Below, piece by piece: positions 17,822 to 27,379 of a stretch of 35,263 nucleotides of DNA. Position 1 is the first letter of the stretch; every line of letters starts with the position of its first letter. Below the pieces are notes generated by a model, which did not search any database, had not been told where the DNA came from, and saw only the letters and a list, made by a program, of their open reading frames with translations. Source of the stretch: a virus (lineage: Duplodnaviria > Caudoviricetes); IMG/VR virus record IMGVR_UViG_3300027373_000012, positions 1 through 35,263 of that record; one strand, 5' to 3'. Made by a program: the position numbers and the translations under genes.

Positions 17822-18357
17822 TGTGTCCTCCAACCGCATACGCTATTGTTTCAATAGTAGCAACAGTGGCTTCTGGTGTAGCATCCTATGTATCCCAAAA
17901 GAATGCAGCCGAACAATCAGAGAATATCGCTAATGTGGAGGCTAAGAACGCACAGGCGGCAGCAGCATCTGATTATCAACAGCAGCAGTTACAGCAAGAG
18001 CAGATCAACGCGGCAGCAGCTCAGGATCAAACCGAACGGATACGCCAGAGTTTGAAGGAGAGGGCCGCACTTCGGGTGGCCTCTGCTGAGGCAGGCCTAC
18101 AGGTGGGACGTGAGGAGCTATCCTCATATCAATCAGCATCAAGAGACATAGCCGTCATGGAGGCCAACCGGAAAGCTGGGGTCAACCAGACTCAAGCCCA
18201 GAAGGAGGCCACCCATGCTACCGCTCAGGGCAGGATTAACTCTGCTATGTCTAGGGTGCAAGCAGCTCCCAACCCATACATGGCTGGACTTCAGATAGCA
18301 ACTTCAGCTGCTGCATCAGGGATGTCTGGGTATGCTGCTGGTAAATCCTTAGAGTAA
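17821..18357 (+). CDS. Internal virion protein B (gp14-like)
   Basis: MCPP start, hydrophobic N-terminus, Ala/Gln-rich helical body; syntenic. Confidence 0.8.
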   Translation: MCPPTAYAIVSIVATVASGVASYVSQKNAAEQSENIANVEAKNAQAAAASDYQQQQLQQEQINAAAAQDQTERIRQSLKERAALRVASAEAGLQVGREELSSYQSASRDIAVMEANRKAGVNQTQAQKEATHATAQGRINSAMSRVQAAPNPYMAGLQIATSAAASGMSGYAAGKSLE

Positions 18358-18366
18358 GGAACAAAC

Positions 18367-20082
18367 ATGCCAGAATTTGCCAGTACCGCACGTACTACCC
18401 GTAAGCAGATAGACCCACGGGAATACTTCAGTTGGACCACACCGAACCGTAAAGTTACCGCTCAAGCAACAGACCCTTTCGTAACAGCAGGAAACATCCA
18501 GAGACAGCCTGACCCAAACCTGATGGCCTTTGTTGACTCCATGAAGAACATTTCAGATTTAACCAACGGGTACATCCAGGTTCAGAAGTCATACGGTAAA
18601 GAGAATCAGCAGAAGGCTGTAGCAGATGCTGTTACCGGTAAGCCTCAAGCTACAGAACATGAGGGTCTGTTCAATGGTGGATATGGCTACAATGAAGCCT
18701 ACAATGTCACTATAGGTGAATCCAAGGGTCTCGCCTTCCATAAGGAATACCTAACCAAACTTGAGGAGAACCAGTACTTCCAGAATCAGCCTGACCCTCA
18801 AGTTGCCCACAAGAAGTTCTTTGATGACCTGTATCAGCACCACTTCCAAACTGTAGGTGATAACCCTCAGATCCTCTTCGGGGCATCTGAGCGGCTAAAA
18901 CAGGCGCAGGTTGAAGGTAGTGTGGCTATGCAGTCAGCAGCTCACAGGGTATCCAAAGAAACATTCATGAACAGCATGAGTACTCTTCAACAGGATCATT
19001 TGTTCACGTATGCCCGAAGTGACAAAAGCACCACCTCTCTGGAACAACTACGGAAAGCCTTGAATGATGATTGGGACTTTAAGGCCAAACCCACCAACCT
19101 GCTAAGCCGTGATGAGTACACCAAGACTGTGATTCAGAACATAGCTCACACTGCAGTTCAACTGGCTGAAGACCCTAGAGAGGGAACCCATGAAGCTGTT
19201 GATAAAGCCTACAAGCTGCTGGAACTCTTTGATGTAGCTGACCCTGATACCAAACAATCATGGGCTACTATGGTTGACGGTAAGGGGGAACTTAAGTTCA
19301 GAGGGACCATTGATCATGTAACTGAACAGATAGGGAAGATTCAGAATAAACGGGAGGCTGATGATCAGCGGAAAATGCTTCTTAAGCAGGAAGCTGAACA
19401 GCGAAGCCTGTTTGTGGATATCGTACTCAACCCTGATATGACCGTTTCAGAAAAGGCACAGCTCATAACGTCCAATAAGTATCTTACCTCAGCTCAGATT
19501 GAAAAGCTGGTTGATAAGGCTACCGCGTATCACAAGGCTGAGCATTTCGTTTCTGAAGATCATCACACGGTGGTTGGACTCAGGGCTGGTATTGAAATGA
19601 CAGCCTCCATAGGTGAACTTGAGGGTCTACGCCGTAAGGTGATGAGTGAGTATGGCCGTACTCTGAAGTCTGGGACTGCTACAGACCTGCTGACAAGGAT
19701 TACCTCAAGGATTGACCACATAAACTCTGAGGGTAGGGCTAACGCTCAGTTATCACTTGAGCAGAAGAAGCTGGGCTATGACATGCTTACTAAGGTTGTA
19801 GGTTCGCCTTCAGCCTTGGATGAGGATGGAACCCAGGCAGCCCTGCGTATGAACACGTATGGACGTATGTTCTTTGGTAGGGTAGGCCAGGGTGAGGAGC
19901 CTACACAGGTGGGGGCAGACCTCATTGAACACTACAGCAAGATCTCACAGCGTACCCAGAAGACCACCTTTGGTCCCTCTAAATACAAGTCCCGTGAACA
20001 GATCAGGGATGCTGTGCATTCTGGTAAGATAAGGGCCGATGAGGGGCTACTTGAGTTGAAACGCTTTGATGGTGTTGAGTAA
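18367..20082 (+). CDS. Internal virion protein C (gp15-like)
   Basis: 571-aa helical ORF between gp14 and gp16; assigned by synteny. Confidence 0.7.
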   Translation: MPEFASTARTTRKQIDPREYFSWTTPNRKVTAQATDPFVTAGNIQRQPDPNLMAFVDSMKNISDLTNGYIQVQKSYGKENQQKAVADAVTGKPQATEHEGLFNGGYGYNEAYNVTIGESKGLAFHKEYLTKLEENQYFQNQPDPQVAHKKFFDDLYQHHFQTVGDNPQILFGASERLKQAQVEGSVAMQSAAHRVSKETFMNSMSTLQQDHLFTYARSDKSTTSLEQLRKALNDDWDFKAKPTNLLSRDEYTKTVIQNIAHTAVQLAEDPREGTHEAVDKAYKLLELFDVADPDTKQSWATMVDGKGELKFRGTIDHVTEQIGKIQNKREADDQRKMLLKQEAEQRSLFVDIVLNPDMTVSEKAQLITSNKYLTSAQIEKLVDKATAYHKAEHFVSEDHHTVVGLRAGIEMTASIGELEGLRRKVMSEYGRTLKSGTATDLLTRITSRIDHINSEGRANAQLSLEQKKLGYDMLTKVVGSPSALDEDGTQAALRMNTYGRMFFGRVGQGEEPTQVGADLIEHYSKISQRTQKTTFGPSKYKSREQIRDAVHSGKIRADEGLLELKRFDGVE

Positions 20083-20109
20083 TTTGGAAGGTACAGGAGG
20101 ATATGCCCT

Positions 20110-23100
20110 ATGGGTTCTTTAACCCGCAGGTATCAGAATAAAGCGGCTCAAGCCTATGAACAGCGACAGCTGGCACAGTTTGATGAGCTGTATCAAACAA
20201 AAGCTGCAGAACCCGTATCGGCAGCCCCAGCTGTTTCTAAGCAACCTGAGCGTGGAACTATGGGTAACATAGCGGCTGGCTCTTGGCATGGTGGTAAGAA
20301 GGCTGTCTATGAGTTATTCAACAGTCTGGATGAACTCTCTACCTGGACCGGTAAGACCCTCCACCTGAGTGATGGTACTGAACGTCACGCCTTTGGAAAC
20401 CTCTTGGAGAAGACCACAGGGATCAAGCAATCCCTTAAGGATGATGTAGCTCCCACCACTACAGATCTGATCCAAGGTAAAAAAGAGCATGATCACGGGA
20501 CCGCTTACAATGTGGCCTCTAGTATCACCCAATTTGTTACTGCCTTTATACCAGTGAGCAGGGCTGCTGGAGCTTTAACCAAGGGCTCCAAAGTACTTCA
20601 GGCCGGTGCTAAAGCTCTGGGGAAGGCTAAACCCATTGTGTCTGGTGCTGTTACCGGTGGTGTGACCTCAGCGGTGGCATTTGACCCTTACGAAACACGC
20701 TTGTCAAACTTGGTGGAAACTGTACCAAGCCTCAAGAACCCTATCACAGAGTACCTTCAAGCATCCCCTGATGATTCAAAGGCTACAGCACGCTTAAAGA
20801 ACGGGCTTGAGAATAGTTTAATGGGTATTGGTGTGGACCTGTCTCTGGCGGGACTCAAGGGCCTGTATCATTCCGTGAAGGCATTCAAAGCTGCCAAGAC
20901 CCTTAAGGACGCTGGTGGGGCCGGTAGTGAAGCTCTGCAGGCTGCTCAAGAGGTTATGGCACGTGAGTCTAAAGTGATACGTGACCTGCAACCCATGACT
21001 GAAGTGGATGCTGCAGTACAACCTAAAGCAGCAACTCAGGTGGTAGACCCTGCAGCACCGTACGTGGGAGCAACAGAAGTGGATGCTTCGGTTAAGCCTA
21101 AAGCGGTAGACCCTGTGGTTAACCCTGAAGTGCTACCTGAAGCAGCACCAACAGAATCCACAACCCCACTTACCCCTGCTGACATAGACCAAAGGCTTAC
21201 TGAGGCTACCAAGCAGGGTAGAATTACAGCACTCTCAAAGCTGGAGCCTGGACGCAGTATTGATGATATTACCAGAGAAGTTGACAGCCAACTATCACAG
21301 GCAGCTGATATGCGTGCTGATGGTATGGAGATTGAGGTTATTCCTGGATATAAGCCTAAAGCTACCAGTATTGATGATGCAAGGTTACCTAAGACCGGAT
21401 CACTGGATATACCTGAGTTGCTACCTAAGTGGGCTGATGAGGGTGTTACAGCTGAGACTCATACTGGCCTTGTGGACCCGCAGGGACAACCTTTAGGTAT
21501 TGATACACTACCGGTTACTGATGAGCTACTTCTGCCACCCACACTCCAGCGTATTGCGGCTGAGAATAATACCTCAGTTCACGGTTTGGTGGACTCTATG
21601 GGTAAGCTCTTAGGTAATCAACAGGGTTCAGCTTCAATGGGTGTGGTAGCTCCTTTAGGTTCAACCTCAGCTGGTGCGGCAAGTGGTCTGTTCGTAGACT
21701 ATAACGGTGATGGTAAAGTTGGTTCTTGGGATGACCTGAGCCTGGGTATGCTGATTGGTGGGGCAGGGTATGTTTCAGCCAAGACCCTGCGGGGCTTCTT
21801 GAATGGTTCAACTGAAGAGAAGGCTCTGGCCTCTACTGAGATACGCAACCAACTTGAGCAGCAGATTAAAGACTTCACCAATATGGAAGAGGCATATGTC
21901 AATACCCTTAAGGGGAACCTGACATCAGAAACCAAGTCCAAGGTGGAGGCATCCCTTAAGGTCATCCGTATGTCCCGTGATGCTCTGGTTAAGTATGGTG
22001 ATGATCCTGCAAAACTGGATACTGTACTGAACAAGGCGTGGGTGAGGGAACGCTACAAGCCATTGGTAAAGATCCCTGAAGGTAAAGCTGAGGCTCTGGT
22101 GACTGCGTTAAGGAACGGCAGTATATCTGAGGTGTCAACCGCTGTGGGTAAGGATTTCAACCTAAGTGGTATCAAGGCTCCTGAAGACCTTAAGGAAGCC
22201 CTTGATAGTTTGACCAACCTCATATCAGAACACATACCTGAAGAGACCGCTAAGGCTACCCGTGGGGTTGTATCGTGGGAGCAAACCGTAGCTGGTGCCC
22301 ATGAATTAGGTGTGAACCTACATAACGTAAACATGCTCAGTCAGGATACCAGAAAGCTGGGGGAGCGTTTGTTGGCTGCACGTGTAGCAATGAACTCCAT
22401 CAAGACCCCACTGGTTGAGCTTACTGATCAGATCCTTACCAACCCAGAACCACCCGCTGAGTTGCTCCTGAAGTTCAAGGAGCTTACATCCCTTGCAGCT
22501 GCTGTTCAAGCCCAGGTGAAGGGGAGTCAAACTGAGGTGGCACGTGCCCTCAACTCCATGAAGATAGCAGCTGACACGGTGCGCATGGATTTTGATTCAG
22601 TGACCCGTATGTTGGATCAACAGGGCGGATCACGGCAGATGGTATCCGCTGTACAGAAACTCAAGGATATCATGAAAGAGGGAGATCAGGTTCAAGTCAA
22701 CCGGTACATACGTGGTTTGGCCCAGAACCCCAGCCTGAGATTCCTGAATGAGCTGCACCGCACTGTCCTCCTGTCCAATCCCGTAACCCATGTGTCCAAC
22801 ATGAGCGGTAACATGCTTACCTCCATACTGAATACCGTTGAGGTGGCTGCTGAAGGTGTCATGTCGGGGAGAGGTACGGGTGACATTAAGGCTGTGCTTG
22901 AGGGTCTTACCCAGGCTGACACGTGGCGTGATGCGCTGAGGTTTGCCAAACGTGCTTGGACCAGCTCACAGTCAACCATTGACCCACTCATTTCCAAGGT
23001 GGATGGTCTGGACTTAGGCCACGGGATAACTTACGCCACGTTCAAGGAGACATGGTTTGGTAGTGGTGTTGATTACTTAGCTACCGCTATGGGTATGGAT

Positions 23101-24519
23101 GGTGCTTTAGGTAAAGGTGTGGATGCTACAGGTAAACTCCTGAGAACCACCTTTGATGCCCTTGGTGCTGAGGATGAGTTCTTTAAGGTGTTGAACTACA
23201 GGGCATCCCTACATCGTGAAGCCTATCTGGAAGCCCACCGCATTGCCGTAGGTGAGGGTCTTACCGGAGACACCTTAGCCAAACGTATTGGGCAACTGAA
23301 GGCTGAACTGGTGGACACACCTTCTGAGGCCCTATTTGAAAAGGCACTGCATACCACACGGGTCAATACCTTTACGGATAACCCAGGGGGTATGCTAGGT
23401 GGTATGAACACATTTGTAGCACAGCATCCAACCCTTCAGCTGTTTATCCCCTTCACTAAGACACCTACCAACTTGATCAACTACGTTCTGGATCGTGTAC
23501 CTGGGGCTTCTGCATTATACAAGCAGGAGATCAGGGATGTCCTTAAGAATGGCACACGGGAGCAACGTGCAGAGTTGGGAGCAAGGTGGGCGGCTGGTGG
23601 TATGCTTATGATGACAGCTTATGGTATGGCTGCTTCAGGTATCATAACCGGTGGTGAAGCTAAGGGGATGTCCAGTAAGCAGGTTTCAGGGTGGCAACCC
23701 TACTCAGTAAAGGTGGGGGATACCTACTACGCATTCAACAGGCTGGACCCTATCTCTTCATTCTTGGGGTTGGCTGCCGATTTCCACGACATCCAGAAGT
23801 ATGCAATGGATGATGAAGATACAGCAAAGGCGGCGGCTGCAGCTATGATAGCAGTTACCAGAAACATCACCTCAAAGACTATGCTGAAGGGCTTTACTGA
23901 GCTGCTGGACGCACTTTCAAGAGGTGATGCTAACATGACTACCTTTGTTAAGAACTATGGCCTCTCATGGGTTCCTGCAGGGGTTGGTGCTGCTGAGAAA
24001 GCCTTGGACCCTGTGGTTAGAGATTCAGTTACCTACATGGATCAGATCAAAGCCAAGATCCCAGGTTTATCAGCAACGCTCCCACCACGCAGGGATGTGT
24101 TTGGGGAGCCTTTGGTACATGAGGGTGCCCTTGGGCCTGACATCTTATCACCGATCCAGGTATCAAAAGATAAGGGAGACCCTGCACGTCAACTCTTCAG
24201 TGACCTGGGTGTTGATACCAAGCGTGACCTTAAGAGTATGGAACACATAGATGGTGTGGCACTAACAGCTGATCAGCACTCACGGTTTGTTGAAATGCGG
24301 GGTAAACTACTTAAGACCGCTGTGGACCGTTTGGTTGGTAATGAGAGCTTCAATAATCTTCCCTCAAAGAATGATGTCCAATCCAAGGAAAAGATCATAT
24401 CAGCCATTATGGGTAAGACCAAACATTCAGCACGTGCCAAGCTCCTGCAGGAACACCCTGAATTGATGGATGCAGTGAGGAGTAGAAGGACTGAACAGGT
24501 AGAAGCACTCAGACAGTGA
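20110..24519 (+). CDS. Large internal virion (ejection) protein D (gp16-like)
   Basis: 1469 aa; C-terminal AEDEFFK, FIPFTKTPTN, GWQPYSVKVG, RLDPISSFLGLAAD, LPPRRDVFGEP segments typical of podophage large internal proteins. Confidence 0.8.
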   Translation: MGSLTRRYQNKAAQAYEQRQLAQFDELYQTKAAEPVSAAPAVSKQPERGTMGNIAAGSWHGGKKAVYELFNSLDELSTWTGKTLHLSDGTERHAFGNLLEKTTGIKQSLKDDVAPTTTDLIQGKKEHDHGTAYNVASSITQFVTAFIPVSRAAGALTKGSKVLQAGAKALGKAKPIVSGAVTGGVTSAVAFDPYETRLSNLVETVPSLKNPITEYLQASPDDSKATARLKNGLENSLMGIGVDLSLAGLKGLYHSVKAFKAAKTLKDAGGAGSEALQAAQEVMARESKVIRDLQPMTEVDAAVQPKAATQVVDPAAPYVGATEVDASVKPKAVDPVVNPEVLPEAAPTESTTPLTPADIDQRLTEATKQGRITALSKLEPGRSIDDITREVDSQLSQAADMRADGMEIEVIPGYKPKATSIDDARLPKTGSLDIPELLPKWADEGVTAETHTGLVDPQGQPLGIDTLPVTDELLLPPTLQRIAAENNTSVHGLVDSMGKLLGNQQGSASMGVVAPLGSTSAGAASGLFVDYNGDGKVGSWDDLSLGMLIGGAGYVSAKTLRGFLNGSTEEKALASTEIRNQLEQQIKDFTNMEEAYVNTLKGNLTSETKSKVEASLKVIRMSRDALVKYGDDPAKLDTVLNKAWVRERYKPLVKIPEGKAEALVTALRNGSISEVSTAVGKDFNLSGIKAPEDLKEALDSLTNLISEHIPEETAKATRGVVSWEQTVAGAHELGVNLHNVNMLSQDTRKLGERLLAARVAMNSIKTPLVELTDQILTNPEPPAELLLKFKELTSLAAAVQAQVKGSQTEVARALNSMKIAADTVRMDFDSVTRMLDQQGGSRQMVSAVQKLKDIMKEGDQVQVNRYIRGLAQNPSLRFLNELHRTVLLSNPVTHVSNMSGNMLTSILNTVEVAAEGVMSGRGTGDIKAVLEGLTQADTWRDALRFAKRAWTSSQSTIDPLISKVDGLDLGHGITYATFKETWFGSGVDYLATAMGMDGALGKGVDATGKLLRTTFDALGAEDEFFKVLNYRASLHREAYLEAHRIAVGEGLTGDTLAKRIGQLKAELVDTPSEALFEKALHTTRVNTFTDNPGGMLGGMNTFVAQHPTLQLFIPFTKTPTNLINYVLDRVPGASALYKQEIRDVLKNGTREQRAELGARWAAGGMLMMTAYGMAASGIITGGEAKGMSSKQVSGWQPYSVKVGDTYYAFNRLDPISSFLGLAADFHDIQKYAMDDEDTAKAAAAAMIAVTRNITSKTMLKGFTELLDALSRGDANMTTFVKNYGLSWVPAGVGAAEKALDPVVRDSVTYMDQIKAKIPGLSATLPPRRDVFGEPLVHEGALGPDILSPIQVSKDKGDPARQLFSDLGVDTKRDLKSMEHIDGVALTADQHSRFVEMRGKLLKTAVDRLVGNESFNNLPSKNDVQSKEKIISAIMGKTKHSARAKLLQEHPELMDAVRSRRTEQVEALRQ

Positions 24520-24527
24520 GAACTTAG

Positions 24528-24558
24528 GGGGAACTAGAAATGGTTCCCCTTTAGTTTT
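24528..24558 (+). terminator. Intrinsic terminator after gp16
   Basis: GGGGAACTA-GAAA-TGGTTCCCC hairpin followed by TTTAGTTTT. Confidence 0.7.
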
Positions 24559-24588
24559 GAACATAGCAACCAAAACAGGAGGTATGTC

Positions 24589-25038
24589 TTGTCAAGTAAT
24601 GTTGAACACGATGGTATTGTAGTACACCACTCCCTCACCAATGATGGCACTGTAAAGGATTGGCCTGCAATCCGTAGGTATCACATGCAGGAGAACGGTT
24701 GGGCTGATATTGGCTACCACTACGGGGTTGAGGAGACACCTGACGGGGTAGCTATCATGGCTGGCCGCAGGTTGGGAACGCTAGGGGCACACACAAAGGG
24801 TCATAACTCCATGATCGGGATCTGCGTGGCGGGTAACTATGACTTAGGACCAGCTCCTGAAGATCACCTGCACGCTTTAGTACATCTGGTGTTGGCTCTG
24901 TTGGGTGAATATACCAGTATGACCCCTGATGATATTCACAGACACTCTGAATACGCCCAAAAGAGCTGTCCAGGTAAGCTGTTTCAGTGGGATGAGTTCA
25001 TGAAGAGGGTTAGGGCAGGCTGGAAAGGTAGGGCATAA
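24589..25038 (+). CDS. N-acetylmuramoyl-L-alanine amidase endolysin (Amidase_2, T7 lysozyme-like)
   Basis: IVVHHS, GWADIGYHY, GAHTKGHN, IGICVAGNY, HSEYAQKSCPG Zn ligands; TTG start after AGGAGG. Confidence 0.92.
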   Translation: MSSNVEHDGIVVHHSLTNDGTVKDWPAIRRYHMQENGWADIGYHYGVEETPDGVAIMAGRRLGTLGAHTKGHNSMIGICVAGNYDLGPAPEDHLHALVHLVLALLGEYTSMTPDDIHRHSEYAQKSCPGKLFQWDEFMKRVRAGWKGRA

Positions 25039-25043
25039 ACAGT

Positions 25044-26840
25044 ATGTATCAATCCGCAAAACCCATAACGGATGGTATCAACAGGATCTTTGCCGTACCA
25101 TTCCCTTATCTGGATAAGTCACACGTAAAAGCCTACGTAGATGACGTATTAGTGTCTCTGACATTCCTTAACAGCTCCACAATACAGCTGTCAGAAGTAC
25201 CACCGGCGGGTAGCAACCGTTTATCAATACGTAGGGAAACCGCTATGGATAACCCTGTAGTGGTATTTGAGGGTTTAGCTAGTCTTGATCCTAAGAATCT
25301 TGATACCGCCAACAAACAGATCCTTTACTATAACCAAGAGCAACAGGAGATGGGCACCTGGGCCTTGGCCTCAGCGGGAGAAGCCAAAGTGAGTGCTACT
25401 GAAGCGGCTAACAGTGCTGAAGAGGCTCTACAACATGCGAACGAAGCTCAGGATCAAGCTGCAGAGGCGTTGGTTCAGGCTCAGGCTTGTGCTGCAGCTC
25501 AGTTACAGGCGTCTGATGATCAACTTATAGCTTCCAATGCAAGTATAGCTGCACAACAATCGGCTGCAGCTGCTTTAACCAGTGCTACTGAAGCGGCTAA
25601 CAGTGCTACTGAAGCGGCTAACAGTGCTACTGAAGCGGCTAACAGCGCTGAAGAGCTAACTGGTTACTTTGTTGAGGGTGTTCTTCCAGTGGCTCATGGT
25701 GGTACTGGTAATGATAAAAAGAAGTTTGTGGATATTGACTCCCAGCAAACCATTGATGCAACTAAGCTGTATAACTCACAACAGCTGTTCTCACCCACAG
25801 GTACTAAGGAAGCACCAGCGGTGGCATTCCAAGGTGATATAGAAACTGGTATGTACAGACCTGCTGCGGGGGGTATGCTGGGCTTTGCTGTAGCTGGTCG
25901 AGAGTGCTTGGCTCTGGATTATACTGGTAAAGTTAGGTTTGGAACAACCAACAACTACGCAAAGCTCAACATCGGTGACGCCACTACACTTGTGTCAGGA
26001 CCTTTATCTACAACTACAACAAGCAACCAGCTATCCTGTGTCACTCTGCAAGCAGTTACTTCTGGGGTAACGTTTAACAACCGTACAGTTACGGTACTTA
26101 ACACAGATGCTGGTAATAGTACGCAGTCAGTACAAAGTTTACGCGCTGATATTGAAGTTAACGGCACCACAGCAGGAGCTACTGTATATAGTAACAGCAC
26201 TATATACGGCCAGTTAAACTGGAACAGTGCTACTACAACAAGCACTGCTAATCAATTAGCTGGCAACTTTGTGGCTAGTATTTATAACGGTGCGCCCAAC
26301 ACAATGATTGGTTGTCAGGGGACAACAATCTACCGAGGAGTTGCAACAGGTACAGCAACACTAGGAGCAGCCGTAGGGGTACTTGCTACCTCTTATAACA
26401 ACAAGGTTGGTTCAACTGTAACTGTTCAAACTGGTATAAGCGCGTCGGTAGGGCAAAGTTCAAGAGCTGTTAATACTATAACTAATATGCATGGTGGGCA
26501 GTTCGATATTCAGCCTGGAGACGCAACAGTAGGTATAGCTTGCGGTGTTAAGGTAGCATGTAATGTACTTATGGGGGATACCACAAATATAAGTACTTTG
26601 TATGGGTTTTACATTGATCAAGCTAATCTGGTGCAAGGAGCAGGTGTAACTACAAAGTACGGAATATACCAAGTGGATACCGATGCACCTAACGTGCTGA
26701 ATAGTAGGGTTGATATGCTGAAAGGTGCAAAACTTTCTGGGCTGTCTGTACACGCTGATAACGCCTCAGCAATTTCTGGAGGTAAGGTAGCTGGTGATGT
26801 GTATAGGACAAGTACTGGTGTGCTGATGGTGGTGTACTAA
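25044..26840 (+). CDS. Tail fibre (T7 gp17-like N-terminal adaptor, coiled coil, beta-rich receptor-binding region)
   Basis: FAVPFPYLDKSHVKAYVD...IRRET...QILYYNQE N-terminus; Ala-rich heptads; LPVAHGGTG; Thr/Gly/Asn-rich C-terminus. Confidence 0.9.
   Translation: MYQSAKPITDGINRIFAVPFPYLDKSHVKAYVDDVLVSLTFLNSSTIQLSEVPPAGSNRLSIRRETAMDNPVVVFEGLASLDPKNLDTANKQILYYNQEQQEMGTWALASAGEAKVSATEAANSAEEALQHANEAQDQAAEALVQAQACAAAQLQASDDQLIASNASIAAQQSAAAALTSATEAANSATEAANSATEAANSAEELTGYFVEGVLPVAHGGTGNDKKKFVDIDSQQTIDATKLYNSQQLFSPTGTKEAPAVAFQGDIETGMYRPAAGGMLGFAVAGRECLALDYTGKVRFGTTNNYAKLNIGDATTLVSGPLSTTTTSNQLSCVTLQAVTSGVTFNNRTVTVLNTDAGNSTQSVQSLRADIEVNGTTAGATVYSNSTIYGQLNWNSATTTSTANQLAGNFVASIYNGAPNTMIGCQGTTIYRGVATGTATLGAAVGVLATSYNNKVGSTVTVQTGISASVGQSSRAVNTITNMHGGQFDIQPGDATVGIACGVKVACNVLMGDTTNISTLYGFYIDQANLVQGAGVTTKYGIYQVDTDAPNVLNSRVDMLKGAKLSGLSVHADNASAISGGKVAGDVYRTSTGVLMVVY
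25581..25643 (+). repeat. 21-bp tandem repeat AGTGCTACTGAAGCGGCTAAC x3 (SATEAAN), with a fourth copy at 25392-25412
   Basis: Directly visible exact copies. Confidence 0.92.
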
Positions 26841-27133
26841 TGGATTGGACAACGCTACAACATGCGCTGATTGCTTTAGTGTGTCTTGGCATAGGGTGGA
26901 TGTTAGGTAATCCAGTAGCTGGAGCAGCAGTAGGTATCACGGTATTTGTTGTACGTGAGTTGACCCAAGCTGAATACAGATATATCGCCACTCATGGGGG
27001 TCTGAGGGCTAACCTTCCATGGTGGGGAATGTTTTACTACAAGGTGTGGGATATTGGAAGCTTAACTGATTGGCTGGTTCCATCAGTTGTAGTAGTGTCA
27101 GCCCTAATACTTATGTTTAGGTTAAACCTTTGA
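26840..27133 (+). CDS. Small membrane protein
   Basis: 97 aa with two to three hydrophobic segments and RELTQAEYR...RANLPWWG...SLTDW; TAATG coupling to the fibre gene. Confidence 0.75.
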   Translation: MDWTTLQHALIALVCLGIGWMLGNPVAGAAVGITVFVVRELTQAEYRYIATHGGLRANLPWWGMFYYKVWDIGSLTDWLVPSVVVVSALILMFRLNL

Positions 27134-27372
27134 AGATACTTAACGATTGGCTTACGGGGGTGGATGGTAAAACCCATGACCCTGCCAGGGCTGGACTGCT
27201 GCTTGGTATTATAACCTTTCTGTTCTTGGCTGTGTGGGCGGTAGTAATGCTCAAACAAACATGGTCCCCCCAAGAGTTCGGTATTGGGCTTGGTGGGTTG
27301 TTGGCTGGGGGTGGTGCCGCAATTGGGCTTAAGGCTAAGACTGAACCGCCCCCCTGTGGAAAGGAAGGATAA
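27130..27372 (+). CDS. Putative holin (two hydrophobic segments)
   Basis: 80 aa; LLLGIITFLFLAVWAVVML and FGIGLGGLLAGGGAAIGL segments, charged C-terminus; lysis-module position. Confidence 0.55.
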   Translation: MKILNDWLTGVDGKTHDPARAGLLLGIITFLFLAVWAVVMLKQTWSPQEFGIGLGGLLAGGGAAIGLKAKTEPPPCGKEG

Positions 27373-27379
27373 CTCAGAT

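Noticed and set aside
25044-26840. Diversity-generating retroelement target in the tail fibre
   Set aside because: No reverse transcriptase and no adenine-variable repeat pair seen in the window.
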